Of a stretch of 32,000 nucleotides of DNA, positions 1 to 10,916 are shown one piece after another. Where the stretch lies: positions 1,260,001 through 1,292,000 of the forward strand of contig CP042461.1 of assembly GCA_004563595.2 (NCBI GenBank). Direction: 5' to 3'. Origin of the DNA: Candidatus Saccharimonadota bacterium (lineage in GTDB: Bacteria; Patescibacteriota; Gracilibacteria; BD1-5; UBA6164). A program made the position numbers and the translations under genes. The notes beneath the pieces were generated by a model. That model was not told the origin of the DNA. It saw only the letters and a list, made by a program, of their open reading frames with translations, and made no database searches. Every line of letters starts with the position of its first letter. The first letter of the stretch is position 1.

Positions 1-563
1 TCATGAATTATATCTCATCAATTTAATACAAAAAATTTAAGTCCATATATATTTTCGTTAAATTCATCCATACTCACTACTTCTGTTGTCTGATTTTGAA
101 TAGATATTTGTTTTATCAAAAGTCATCCACCAACTACATCTGTTGAATATTTTTCACTAATCATTAATTGTTTTCAATCTTCAATGCATCTAAAAATTTC
201 CGCTAATAATTGTTTTATTCTTCTCGTCACAATATTTGATGCTCTTAAAAAATCTCATCAATTGTTACTGTCATTTATTATTAAATTAATTAAATTATTT
301 ATTGCGGCTATCCCCCCCTCATAACCATCATGACTTGATATTTCATTCATTATTGCTGGAACTTGATTACGGTAAAACTTCGAGTTTTTTAGATGTGGTA
401 AAATATCGTTTCATAATACCTCTTTATTTCTTACTACAAGATTAATAGTAGTAGATAACTTATCAATGACAGCATTCACGTGAGAATGAACAAAACCTAG
501 TCCATCTGAGATATCTTGACTTTTAAGTGATTCAATAGTTAACTCATTCATCTTAATATGCAT
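1..563 (-). CDS. hypothetical protein, partial (C-terminus beyond window start)
   Basis: A hand scan finds no in-frame TAA/TAG from 563 down to position 1 when TGA=Gly. The N-terminus is MHIKMNELTIESLKSQDISDGLGFVHSH, with an alternative ATG at 551. Several TGA codons are in frame. No family recognised. Confidence 0.5.
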
Positions 564-780
564 AATAATGAAATATTAGATAAGTGATTCTAATGTAATT
601 CTGTTAATAATCAACCTTTGAATATACCATAACTGGTGACTAACGATAGTTACCATCATATTTTACCTATTTTAAAGCAATAAATGTGGTATATAATTAA
701 AGACTGGTAATTATCTTTGACTATAATCCATTTTTGTTTACTATATATTTAATATCAAAAAGAAAGTTTTTGGTGTTGAA

Positions 781-827
781 TTAAGTCCATTTATTTCACA
801 AAAGGAGGATGAAGTAAATGGACTTAA
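781..827. other. perfect 13-bp stem-loop whose 21-nt loop carries AAAGGAGGATG
   Basis: ttaagtccattta (781-793) is the exact reverse complement of taaatggacttaa (815-827). It lies in the 347-bp gap between two minus-strand genes. Confidence 0.6.
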
Positions 828-840
828 CCAATAAAGGAGC

Positions 841-897
841 AAAAAGACAGTTGTACTTACCCTGAAGGAGGAACAGGGTAGATACAACTGTCTTTTT
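841..897. terminator. intrinsic terminator-like hairpin downstream of prfA (bidirectional shape)
   Basis: The outer stem is gacagttgta (846-855) / tacaactgtc (883-892), the inner stem is ccctg/caggg, and the loop is aaggaggaa. An A-run precedes it and a T-run follows it. It lies 19 nt past the prfA stop on the minus strand. Confidence 0.65.
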
Positions 898-910
898 CGT
901 TCTTATTTTT

Positions 911-1990
911 TTATACTTGACCTTTTCATGCAGATTCAAGCTTCGCTTGTTGATCAGCTACTGCACAAGCATCAATGATCGGAGCGAGTTTTCATAACAT
1001 TATATGAGGTATTCATGAGAAATTTTGTCAGATCCTATGATCTGTAACCCTATCTTGAGGGAAATTATAAGTTCTGATTTTTTCTGACCTATCTCATGAT
1101 CATACTTGAGACTGTCTTGCTTCTCAGAGTTCTTTTGCTCTTTGCTCTTCGGCTAAAGTGTATAATTTTGACCTCATAATAGCAAAAGCTTTATCTCTAT
1201 TTTTATGCTGACTTCTCCCATCTGAACATAAAACGATAATTCCAGTAGGAAGATGCTTTAAATGGACTGCAGAATCTGCCTTGTTTGCATGTTGTCATCC
1301 AGGACCTCATGATCTCGTAAACTTCATTTCAATTTCATCCATATTCAAAACTACATCAAGCTCATCTACTTCTGGCATAATTGCAACTGTAATTGCTGAA
1401 GTATGGACTCTTCATTTATTTTCTGTTTCTGGAATTCTTTGAACTCTATGTACCCCTGATTCATATTTAAACCTTGAATATGCTCATTCTCATTTAATTT
1501 CAAATACCATTTCTTTTACCCCTCACGCTTCACTGATATTTTGCTCAACTATTTCAATTTTATATCCTTCTCCTTCAGCAAAAATAATATATGCCCTCGA
1601 TAATTCTCATGCGAATAGTGCTGCTTCATCTCACCCTGTACCAGCCCTGAGCTCAACCATAATATTTTTTTCATCGTTTGGGTCTTTTGGTAACAATTCT
1701 AGCTTTAAACGCTCTTCCATTTCAGGGATTTGATCTTCAATTTCTTTGATTTCTTCTTTTAACATATCTTTCATTTCAGTATCTTTTTCAGAACTGAGCA
1801 TTTCTTTATTCTCTATTAATGATTCATTAGCATTTTTATATTCTTTATATAAATTTACAGCTCATTCAATTGCTTTTTTTCTTGTAGCAACCTCTCTTAT
1901 TTTTTTTTGATCTTTAAAAATATTAGGATCTCCTAATTTATTCTCCAACTCTTTATATTCAGCTACCAAATTATCTAAATTGAATTTCAT
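911..1990 (-). CDS. prfA: peptide chain release factor 1
   Basis: Full hand translation gives 359 aa: [25 protein letters not shown]...RAGTGGDEAALFAGEL...[19 protein letters not shown]...RSGGPGGQHANK...[20 protein letters not shown]. It has an RF1-type P-x-T tripeptide and a GGQ motif. About 17 in-frame TGA sit at Gly positions. The stop is TAA at 911-913. Confidence 0.95.
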
Positions 1991-2053
1991 TTACTTTTAT
2001 TATCTACTAAATTTTGTGTGATTGTAGTGAAAAAATGAAAAAATGCAAGAAAC

Positions 2054-2083
2054 AAAAAAGAAGACAAAGGGTCTTCTTTTTTT
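2054..2083 (-). terminator. intrinsic terminator of obg
   Basis: aagaagac (2058-2065) pairs with gtcttctt (2071-2078), flanked by A- and T-runs. It lies directly after the code-25 stop of obg at 2086. Confidence 0.6.
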
Positions 2084-2085
2084 CA

Positions 2086-3444
2086 TTATATTTTATATTT
2101 CAACCTATCTAAAGGTATTTCTTTTCAAGCAATTACTATTTTCGGTTTTATCTCTTTTTCTTCTGAACCCTCAAAGAAGAAACTATTATCAAGGTCTTCT
2201 TTTTCAAGTTTTTGTGCAAGTTGTTGTTCTAAATCTTTCATCACCATCAATTTTTCTAAGACATCATAGACTCTCATAACGGCTTCACCATTTGTGAAAT
2301 CTGACATTCTTACAATTTGTTCTAATCTCTCACCTTTTGCTTCAAAAACTAAATCTCCTAAATATCTAAGAGTTACTTTTTTAGGGTCAGTAGTATTTTT
2401 TAAATTATATATTTTTAATTCATCATCTTCATTTTCTCATAATTGTTCAATTATTTTTTCTCTTGAATATGAATCAATAAGAAAGTCGACAAGGTCATCT
2501 ATTCATTCTCCTGTAGCTGCTGAGATAACAAATACTTCTTTGTTATGTTTTTTCTTAAATTCCGAAACGATATAGTCTTTCATTTCATCATCTAACAAGT
2601 CAGCTTTTGAGAATACAACAATTTCTTCTTTTTTTGCTAAGTCTTCAGAAAAATATTCAAGCTCCTTTCTGATATCTTCATAATCAGAGAAAACTTTATC
2701 CATTCTATACATATCAAGAAGATGAAGGAGTACTCCAGTTCTTTCAATATGTTTCAAAAATTCTATTCACAGTCCTTTTCATTGACTCGCTCATGGAATA
2801 AGCCCTGGAACATCTTCAAGTACCAATGATTTTCATTTATGATCTAGTACTCATAAATTTGGAGTCAAAGTGGTAAATGGGTAGTCTCCGATTTTTGGTT
2901 TTACATTTGTAATATTTCAAATGAGAGTTGATTTTCATGCTGATGGTACTCCTATAATTCAAATATCTGCTACTAATTTCAATTCTAATAGAAGATCCTT
3001 TTCTTCTGATATATCTCAGATTTCTGCAAATGCGGGAGCTTGTCTTGTAGAAGAACAGAAGTGGGCATTCCCAAAACCACCTTTTCATCATTTCGCGATG
3101 AGTAATCTGGTGTTATTTTCATCTAAGTCAGCTAGAATTTCTTCCGTATTTGCATCTCTCACAATAGTTCAAACAGGAATCTTTAGAATAAGGTCTTCTC
3201 CATTTGCCCCATGACATAACTGAGTTCAACCTCACTCACCTTTCTCAGCTTGTAAAACTTTTTTATGTCTATATTCTGAAAGAGTATTAAGATTATTATC
3301 AGTTTGTAATATTATATTTCCTCCATGTCCAGCATCTCCACCCCGGGGACCTCATTTTGGTATATATTTTTCTCTTCTCCAACTAACAAGACCATCTCAT
3401 CATTTTCAGGCAATAACTTTTATTTTTACTTCATCTATAAACAC
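2086..3444 (-). CDS. obg: GTPase Obg/CgtA
   Basis: GTG start. The N-terminus is (M)[42 protein letters not shown]. The G domain reads GIIGVPSAGKSTLI...DVPGLIPGASQGKGLG...FSKADL, and the Gly in SAGKS is TGA at 2935-2937. The standard-code stop TGA at 2125-2127 is read through to TAA at 2086-2088, which abuts the terminator. Confidence 0.92.
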
Positions 3445-3558
3445 TCGTATTTTAATTATGAATTACACATTGATTTTATTATATTTCTTTTCTTCATGAA
3501 ATCAAAAAATAACCCTATTTTTGCCCGAAGGCTGGGTTATTCATCTTTGTTTATTATT

Positions 3559-3633
3559 TGGTGTCAATGGGTGGATTTGAACCACCGACCGCAGGGATAT
3601 GAATCCTGTGCTCTACCCCTGAGCTACACTGAC
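3559..3633 (-). tRNA. tRNA with CAU anticodon (elongator Met or lysidine-type Ile2; not an initiator)
   Basis: 75 nt: GTCAGTGTAGCTCAGGGGTAGAGCACAGGATTCATATCCCTGCGGTCGGTGGTTCAAATCCACCCATTGACACCA. It folds as a cloverleaf with a paired G1:C72, a T-arm GGTGGTTCAAATCCACC and an encoded CCA. The anticodon loop is TTCATAT, with an A31/C39 mismatch closing the stem. Confidence 0.85.
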
Positions 3634-3654
3634 AAATTTTTTAATTGCCTAGGA

Positions 3655-3682
3655 TTTATATTTGTAATTGATAAAAAGTCAA
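3655..3682 (-). promoter_or_regulatory. putative sigma70-type promoter for the tRNA(CAU) gene
   Basis: On the minus strand, TTGACT (3682-3677) is followed by a 16-nt spacer and TATAAA (3660-3655). This lies about 20 nt upstream of the tRNA 5' end. Confidence 0.4.
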
Positions 3683-3700
3683 ATTTTTCGGTAGTTTTTT

Positions 3701-3728
3701 TTGACTTTCATATATATATATATACAAT
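3701..3728 (+). promoter_or_regulatory. putative sigma70-type promoter for the rpsF-ssb-rpsR operon
   Basis: TTGACT (3701-3706) is followed by a 16-nt spacer containing a (TA)n run and then TACAAT (3723-3728). Its -35 box is the inverted partner of the tRNA promoter -35 box. Confidence 0.4.
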
Positions 3729-3809
3729 GCTGTCGCTTTTTTAAAAAGCAATTTTAAATTTATATCCTTCCAGTTTATAATAAATTGGATAATAACCCAT
3801 AGGAATAAC

Positions 3810-4097
3810 ATGGCAAACTATGAATTAATGCTCATTACAAACCCTAACATCACTGATGAAGAAAGGAATGAATGTATTTGAGAGCTCAAAGAACTTTTCG
3901 AAAAAAACTCTGTTAAAATCGAAAATGAAGATATTTGGGGAGATAAAAAATTAGCATACAAAATTAATAAATGTGAAAGAGGTTTCTACCATCTTTATGA
4001 CTTAGACTTTGATGGAAAGCTTATTAAGGTTTTATCAAAAAGTATAAACCTTAATGCAAATATCTGGAGATATATGTTTGTTAAAAAAGAAGCATAA
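3810..4097 (+). CDS. rpsF: 30S ribosomal protein S6
   Basis: 95 aa: MANYELMLITNPNITDEERNECIGELKELFEKNSVKIENEDIWGDKKLAYKINKCERGFYHLYDLDFDGKLIKVLSKSINLNANIWRYMFVKKEA. One TGA is in frame. It sits in the conserved rpsF-ssb-rpsR order. Confidence 0.9.
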
Positions 4098-4146
4098 TAC
4101 TTCCTTTTCAAAAATATAATCATTATTTATTAATCGCCCAGACGAC

Positions 4147-4539
4147 ATGAGAACTGTAAACAAAGTAACTCTTATTTGAAATGTTACAAGAGATCCCGTG
4201 GTAAAGACTACTGAAGCATGAAAAAAAATAGCAATGTTTACTATTGCTACAAATAGATACTTCAAAAGTGGTGATTGAGAAAGTAAGTCTGAATCTGAAT
4301 TTCATAACTGTGTTGCATGGGGAAACCTTGCAGATAGAATTGAAAGCTTCTTAGTAAAATGAAAATTAATATATATAGAAGGAAGATTAAAAACAAGAGT
4401 TATAGAAAAAGAAGATGAAACAAGAATATATAAAACTGAAGTTGTTGCTTCAGACCTCATTTTCCTCAATAAAAGATCTGACTTTAATGAAACTGAAACA
4501 GTTTCTGAAACAACGGATCATGATGAAGATAAATTTTAA
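4147..4539 (+). CDS. ssb: single-stranded DNA-binding protein
   Basis: 130 aa: MRTVNKVTLIGNVTRDPVVKTTEAGKKIAMFTIATNRYF...FHNCVAWGNLADRIESFLVKGKLIYIEGRLKTRV...ETTDHDEDKF. It has an OB-fold signature and an acidic tail ending in F. Four in-frame TGA. Confidence 0.9.
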
Positions 4540-4562
4540 TTTATTTATAATTAACAATAATT

Positions 4563-4781
4563 ATGACAAAAACAACATGTCCTTTAGACGGACAAGATAT
4601 CGACTACAAAAATATTGAACTTTTAAAAAAATACATTACTAAATTTGGGAAAATTACTCCTAGATACTACTCAGGAGTATGCCTAAAGAATCAAAAAAAA
4701 TTAGCAAATGCTATCAAAAAAGCTAGAATTATGGCTTTAATTCCATTTGTTAAAAAGTTTGATCCAAATTTTGAAGGGTAA
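4563..4781 (+). CDS. rpsR: 30S ribosomal protein S18
   Basis: This is the track ORF, 72 aa: ...IDYKNIELLKKYITKFGKITPRYYSGVCLKNQKKLANAIKKARIMALIPF. TAA stop, no TGA. Confidence 0.92.
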   Translation: MTKTTCPLDGQDIDYKNIELLKKYITKFGKITPRYYSGVCLKNQKKLANAIKKARIMALIPFVKKFDPNFEG

Positions 4782-4794
4782 TTCCTTTTAAAAG

Positions 4795-4830
4795 AAAAAA
4801 GCCTTTCCATTCAGGAAAGGCTTTTTTCTT
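4795..4830 (+). terminator. intrinsic terminator of the rpsF operon
   Basis: aaagcctttcc (4798-4808) pairs with ggaaaggcttt (4814-4824), followed by a T-run. Confidence 0.75.
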
Positions 4831-4893
4831 TACTTTTTTCATTTTATTCATATAATCGCGCGTGATTTATTAATTATTTAACTAAAATAAAAT

Positions 4894-6696
4894 ATGTCAT
4901 TTAGAAATATTGCCATTATTGCCCATGTTGATCATGGGAAAACTACATTAGTAGATGAACTTTTAAAAGCTGATGATAACTTTGATACTAGAATTGGTAT
5001 TGAAGAAAGAGCTATGGATAGCAACGCTCAAGAACAAGAAAGAGGGATTACTATTTACTCGAAAAATACCGGTATTAATTATAAAGGAAATAAAATCAAT
5101 ATTGTTGATACTCCAGGGCATGCTGATTTTGGTTCTGAAGTAGAAAGAGTACTCAGAACTGTTGATTCAGTTTGTTTAGTAGTAGATGCATATGAAGGTC
5201 CTATGCCTCAAACAAAATTTGTACTTAAGAAATCACTCGAACTTGGTTTACATCCAATTATCCTTATTAATAAAATGGATAAACCTTCTGCAAGAGCTGA
5301 ATGGGTAGTTGATCAATTATTTGATTTATTTGTACAACTTGGGGCTACTGATGAGCAATTAGAGCATCTAAATGAACCTGTATACGCTATTGCAAGAGAT
5401 GGTCTTGCTTGGACAGATGAAAAACCAGAACAAAAAGATATTACTCCTCTTCTTGATTATATCATGGAAAAGGTTCCTACAAAAGCAAATGATGCTTCTG
5501 CTCCTTTAAAAATGCAAATTGCAAACCTTGGATATGATAACTTCTTAGGAAGACTTGGTATTGGTAGAGTCTATGATGGTACTGTTAAAGTTGGTCAAGA
5601 AGTGATTATTACTGCAAATGATGGAACTCAAAGAAAAGGAAAAATTTCTGATATTCTTACAAATGAGGGTTTAGAAAAAATAAAAGCTACTGAAGCAGTT
5701 GCTGGTGATATTATTACTATTGCTGGTATCCCTGATATATTTGTAGGTGAAACTGTTGCTGCTAATGAAGAAATTGCTGCTATGCCACCTATTACTATAG
5801 ATGAACCTACTCTAAAAATGGAATTCTTAGTAAATAACTCTCCATTTGCTGGAAGAGAAGGTAAATTTGTAACTTCAAGACAAATCAGAGATAGATTAGA
5901 AAAAGAAATGGAAACAAACGTAGGGTTAAAAGTTGATTTCAATGCTGGTGATAACTATGAAGTTGCAGGAAGATGAGAACTTCATTTATCAGTACTTATT
6001 GAAACTATGAGAAGAGAAGGTTTTGAATTACAAGTTGGTGCTCCAGTTGTAATTATGCATGAACAAGATGGTGTTAAAATGGAACCTATAGAAAATGTAA
6101 ACATATCAGTTCCTGCTGGAATTGAAGGTACTGTTATTGCAGAACTTGGAAAAAGAAAAGGACTTATGTCTAACATGGTTGAGTCAAATGGTATTGTAAA
6201 CTTAGAATTCTCAGTTCCAACAAGGGGTTTACTTGGTTTCAAATCATTATTTACAACAATGACAAAAGGTGAAGGTCTCCTTTCAAGTTCATTTGATGCA
6301 TTTGAAAAATATAAAGGTGCTATTGAAAAAAGAGCTGTTGGTTCTATGATCTCTATGGAAAATGGGAAAACTATGGCTTACTCTCTCTTTAAATTACAAG
6401 ATAGAGGTACTATATTTGTTCAACCAGCTACTGAGATATATGAAGGTATGATTCTTGGTGAATCTAATAAAGATCAAGATTTAACAGTAAATGCGACAAA
6501 AAATAAAAAGCTTACAAATGTAAGAGCATCTGGTACAGATGAAGCATTAAAACTTACTCCACCAAAACTTATGTCTTTGGAAGAAGCTATTGATTACATC
6601 TCTGCAGATGAATACGTAGAAATCACTCCAGAAACAATTAGATTAAGAAAAAAATTCTTAAAAGAGGGTGAAAGAAAAAGAGGAAAAAGTGATTAG
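4894..6696 (+). CDS. typA: translational GTPase TypA/BipA
   Basis: Track ORFs 4894..5976 and 6007..6696 are one 600-aa frame joined by a single TGA (5974-5976). That TGA falls on the conserved Gly of [21 protein letters not shown]. The N-terminus is [21 protein letters not shown]. Confidence 0.95.
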
Positions 6697-6710
6697 TAAG
6701 TATATGAAAC

Positions 6711-6747
6711 AAAAAAAGAGAGATTCTGATTGAATCTCTCTTTTTTG
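6711..6747 (+). terminator. intrinsic terminator of typA
   Basis: aagagagattc pairs with gaatctctctt (about 6716-6742), followed by a T-run. Confidence 0.7.
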
Positions 6748-6836
6748 TTGTGGATAGTTTTATGCCTTCATATAAGACCTCACCCTTGAATTCCCTCTCC
6801 TTAAGAGGAGAAGGAGGAGCAAAAGTTTCATAATTT

Positions 6837-9365
<2,529 letters not shown>

Positions 9366-9492
9366 TTATCGCATTCAGTAAAATAAATTATTGATGAAAT
9401 TATACGATTAAAAAGAGATTTTTCTAGTTTTTGTTTGTAAAAAAACAAAGAAGTTTTATAATCATTTTATATTTAGATTATAAAACTTCTGT

Positions 9493-9711
9493 ATGTTAAA
9501 TAAAATTCTAGTATTTTGAGGAATAGCTCTCATTGCAATACTTGTGGTAGAAAATATGGTAACTAACAGTCCTGCATATCTTTTTATATCAGCTTGATCA
9601 AAATGATGGCTCTTATCGTTTGTGTCTGCTATGATTGGTATGTGAATATGATATGGTCTTTCATGAATGTTTAAAAAAAGTAGTATGGATGATGATAACT
9701 TAGATTTCTAA
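9493..9711 (+). CDS. small two-TM glycine-zipper membrane protein (ORF visible only under code 25)
   Basis: 72 aa: MLNKILVFGGIALIAILVVENMVTNSPAYLFISAGSKGWLLSFVSAMIGMGIGYGLSGMFKKSSMDDDNLDF. Six Gly are TGA. It ends in TAA followed by the terminator at 9716-9748. No homology claimed. Confidence 0.45.
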
Positions 9712-9715
9712 ACAA

Positions 9716-9748
9716 TAAAAAAAGAATATTGAAAAATATTCTTTTTTT
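9716..9748. terminator. bidirectional intrinsic terminator
   Basis: aagaatatt (9722-9730), loop gaaa, aatattctt (9735-9743), with an A-run on one side and a T-run on the other. It lies between the convergent small ORF and the pilin gene. Confidence 0.7.
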
Positions 9749-9761
9749 ATTGTAATGATTA

Positions 9762-10124
9762 TTATGCCCCAACAAGGAGACCAAGAACCCATGTAACAAT
9801 AGAACCTGCGATAAAGATTACTACTAATCAAATAGCCGCTTGAGTAATAATTGTTCTTCATGTTTTTACTTTTTCTTCATCTCAACCAGCAGTTAAGATA
9901 TTGAAACCTCCCCAAAGGAGATATACAACTGCAAGAATAGCAAGAAAAGCCATAGCGTTTGCAATAATATTTTGTATTGTTACATCTGCTCCTTGACCAG
10001 TATCTCCTATCTTTTGATCTACTTTTCCTAAACCAAAATCTGGTGCTGCATTTACAGAATTTAATGCTAATAACCCTGCACCAGCTGAAGCATAAAATGT
10101 GTTTTTTACTATATTTTTCATCAT
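9762..10124 (-). CDS. VirB2/TrbC-like T4SS pilin family protein (single module)
   Basis: 120 aa. The signal peptide is MMKNIVKNTFYASAGAGLLALNSVNAAPD. The hairpin module is AFLAILAVVYLLWGGFNILTAGGDEEKVKTGRTIITQAAIGLVVIFIAGSIV (TM, G-DEEK-basic turn, TM). The track ORF stops at TGA 9882, but reading continues to TAA at 9762-9764. Confidence 0.7.
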
Positions 10125-10260
10125 GTATAATTTATTAATAAAATATAATACAAATATATTATACGATACTTTATTATCAAACGCAAATTTTCATAACTAA
10201 AATATTGCAAATTGCAAAAAACTCGGTACATTTTATGTAAAATAATGATAATAAATATAT

Positions 10261-10812
10261 ATGGAGAGAAAACAACTTATTCAAAAACTAAGAATCTACT
10301 GAAAAGAAAATGATGTCCCAAATATCACAGATGTAAATGCTCATTTTTTAAGAGACCTGATCAAAATTAAACGAGTACAGAATATGCTTGAGATATGAAC
10401 AGCAAATGGTTTTTCAGGTATTCAATTTGGGATCGAGCTTGAAAAAATAAACTGAAAACTCACTTCTGTTGATTTTTCAGAAAAATCATATCTACAAGCA
10501 GTTGAAAATATAAAAGAAGCTGCTCTCGATAATATTATTTCTCTTATTTGGTGAAATGCATTAGATGAGATTCCAAAACTGACTGAAACTTACGATTTTG
10601 TATTTATAGACTGAATGAAAAGAAGGTCTGTTGATTTCCTCAGCCTTGTCTGGGATAAGGTGGAGGTATGATGAATCATAGTTATTGATGACGTTATTAA
10701 GTTCAAAGAAAAAATGGTGTGACTCTGGGAATATTTAGAAAAAAATAATATAGAATTTAATGTAATTCCTATTGATATAGATGATGGGGTTATGATGATA
10801 GTGAAGGGGTAA
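10261..10812 (+). CDS. class I SAM-dependent O-methyltransferase (family 3, YrrM/TrmR-like)
   Basis: 183 aa: ...MLEIGTANGFSGIQFG...YDFVFIDGMKRRSVDFL...GGIIVIDDVIKF. The Gly of the SAM motif EIGT is TGA at 10396-10398. Confidence 0.8.
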
Positions 10813-10916
10813 ACTTTTAAAATCCCTCCCCCTTCGGGTACTTGGTATGCCCCAACGAAGTGAGGGTACCCTTTGAAAAAGGGAGAAATACAAGTGTATC
10901 AATTAAATAAAATAAT

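Noticed and set aside
818-996. Plus-strand ORF starting at ATG 818 with good spacing to the AAGGAGG in the hairpin loop (MDLTNKGAKRQLYLPGRRNRV...)
   Set aside because: It runs through the terminator hairpin and T-run and then antisense into the prfA 3' end. The hydrophobic stretch is just the translated T-run, so a coding role is unlikely.
2125-2127. Standard-code stop of obg (and similar TGA stops at 9882 for the pilin and 31252 for the last gene)
   Set aside because: Reading through as Gly extends each gene by 10-40 codons to a TAA that lies directly next to a terminator or the neighbouring gene. This is consistent with the recoding seen elsewhere in the window.
3709-3726. (TA)n microsatellite, catatatatatatatac
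   Set aside because: It is short, and it lies exactly in the spacer / -10 region of the putative rpsF promoter. It is noted as a possible phase-variable spacer, but nothing in a single sequence shows length variation.
9495-9700. Minus-strand open frame (...ERPYHIHIPIIADTNDKSHHFDQADIKRYAGLL...) with a faint resemblance to the C-terminal region of ribosomal protein S2
   Set aside because: It has no start codon or RBS, and the similarity is limited to a few residues. The plus-strand 72-aa ORF with two clean TM helices and a following terminator explains the open frame better.
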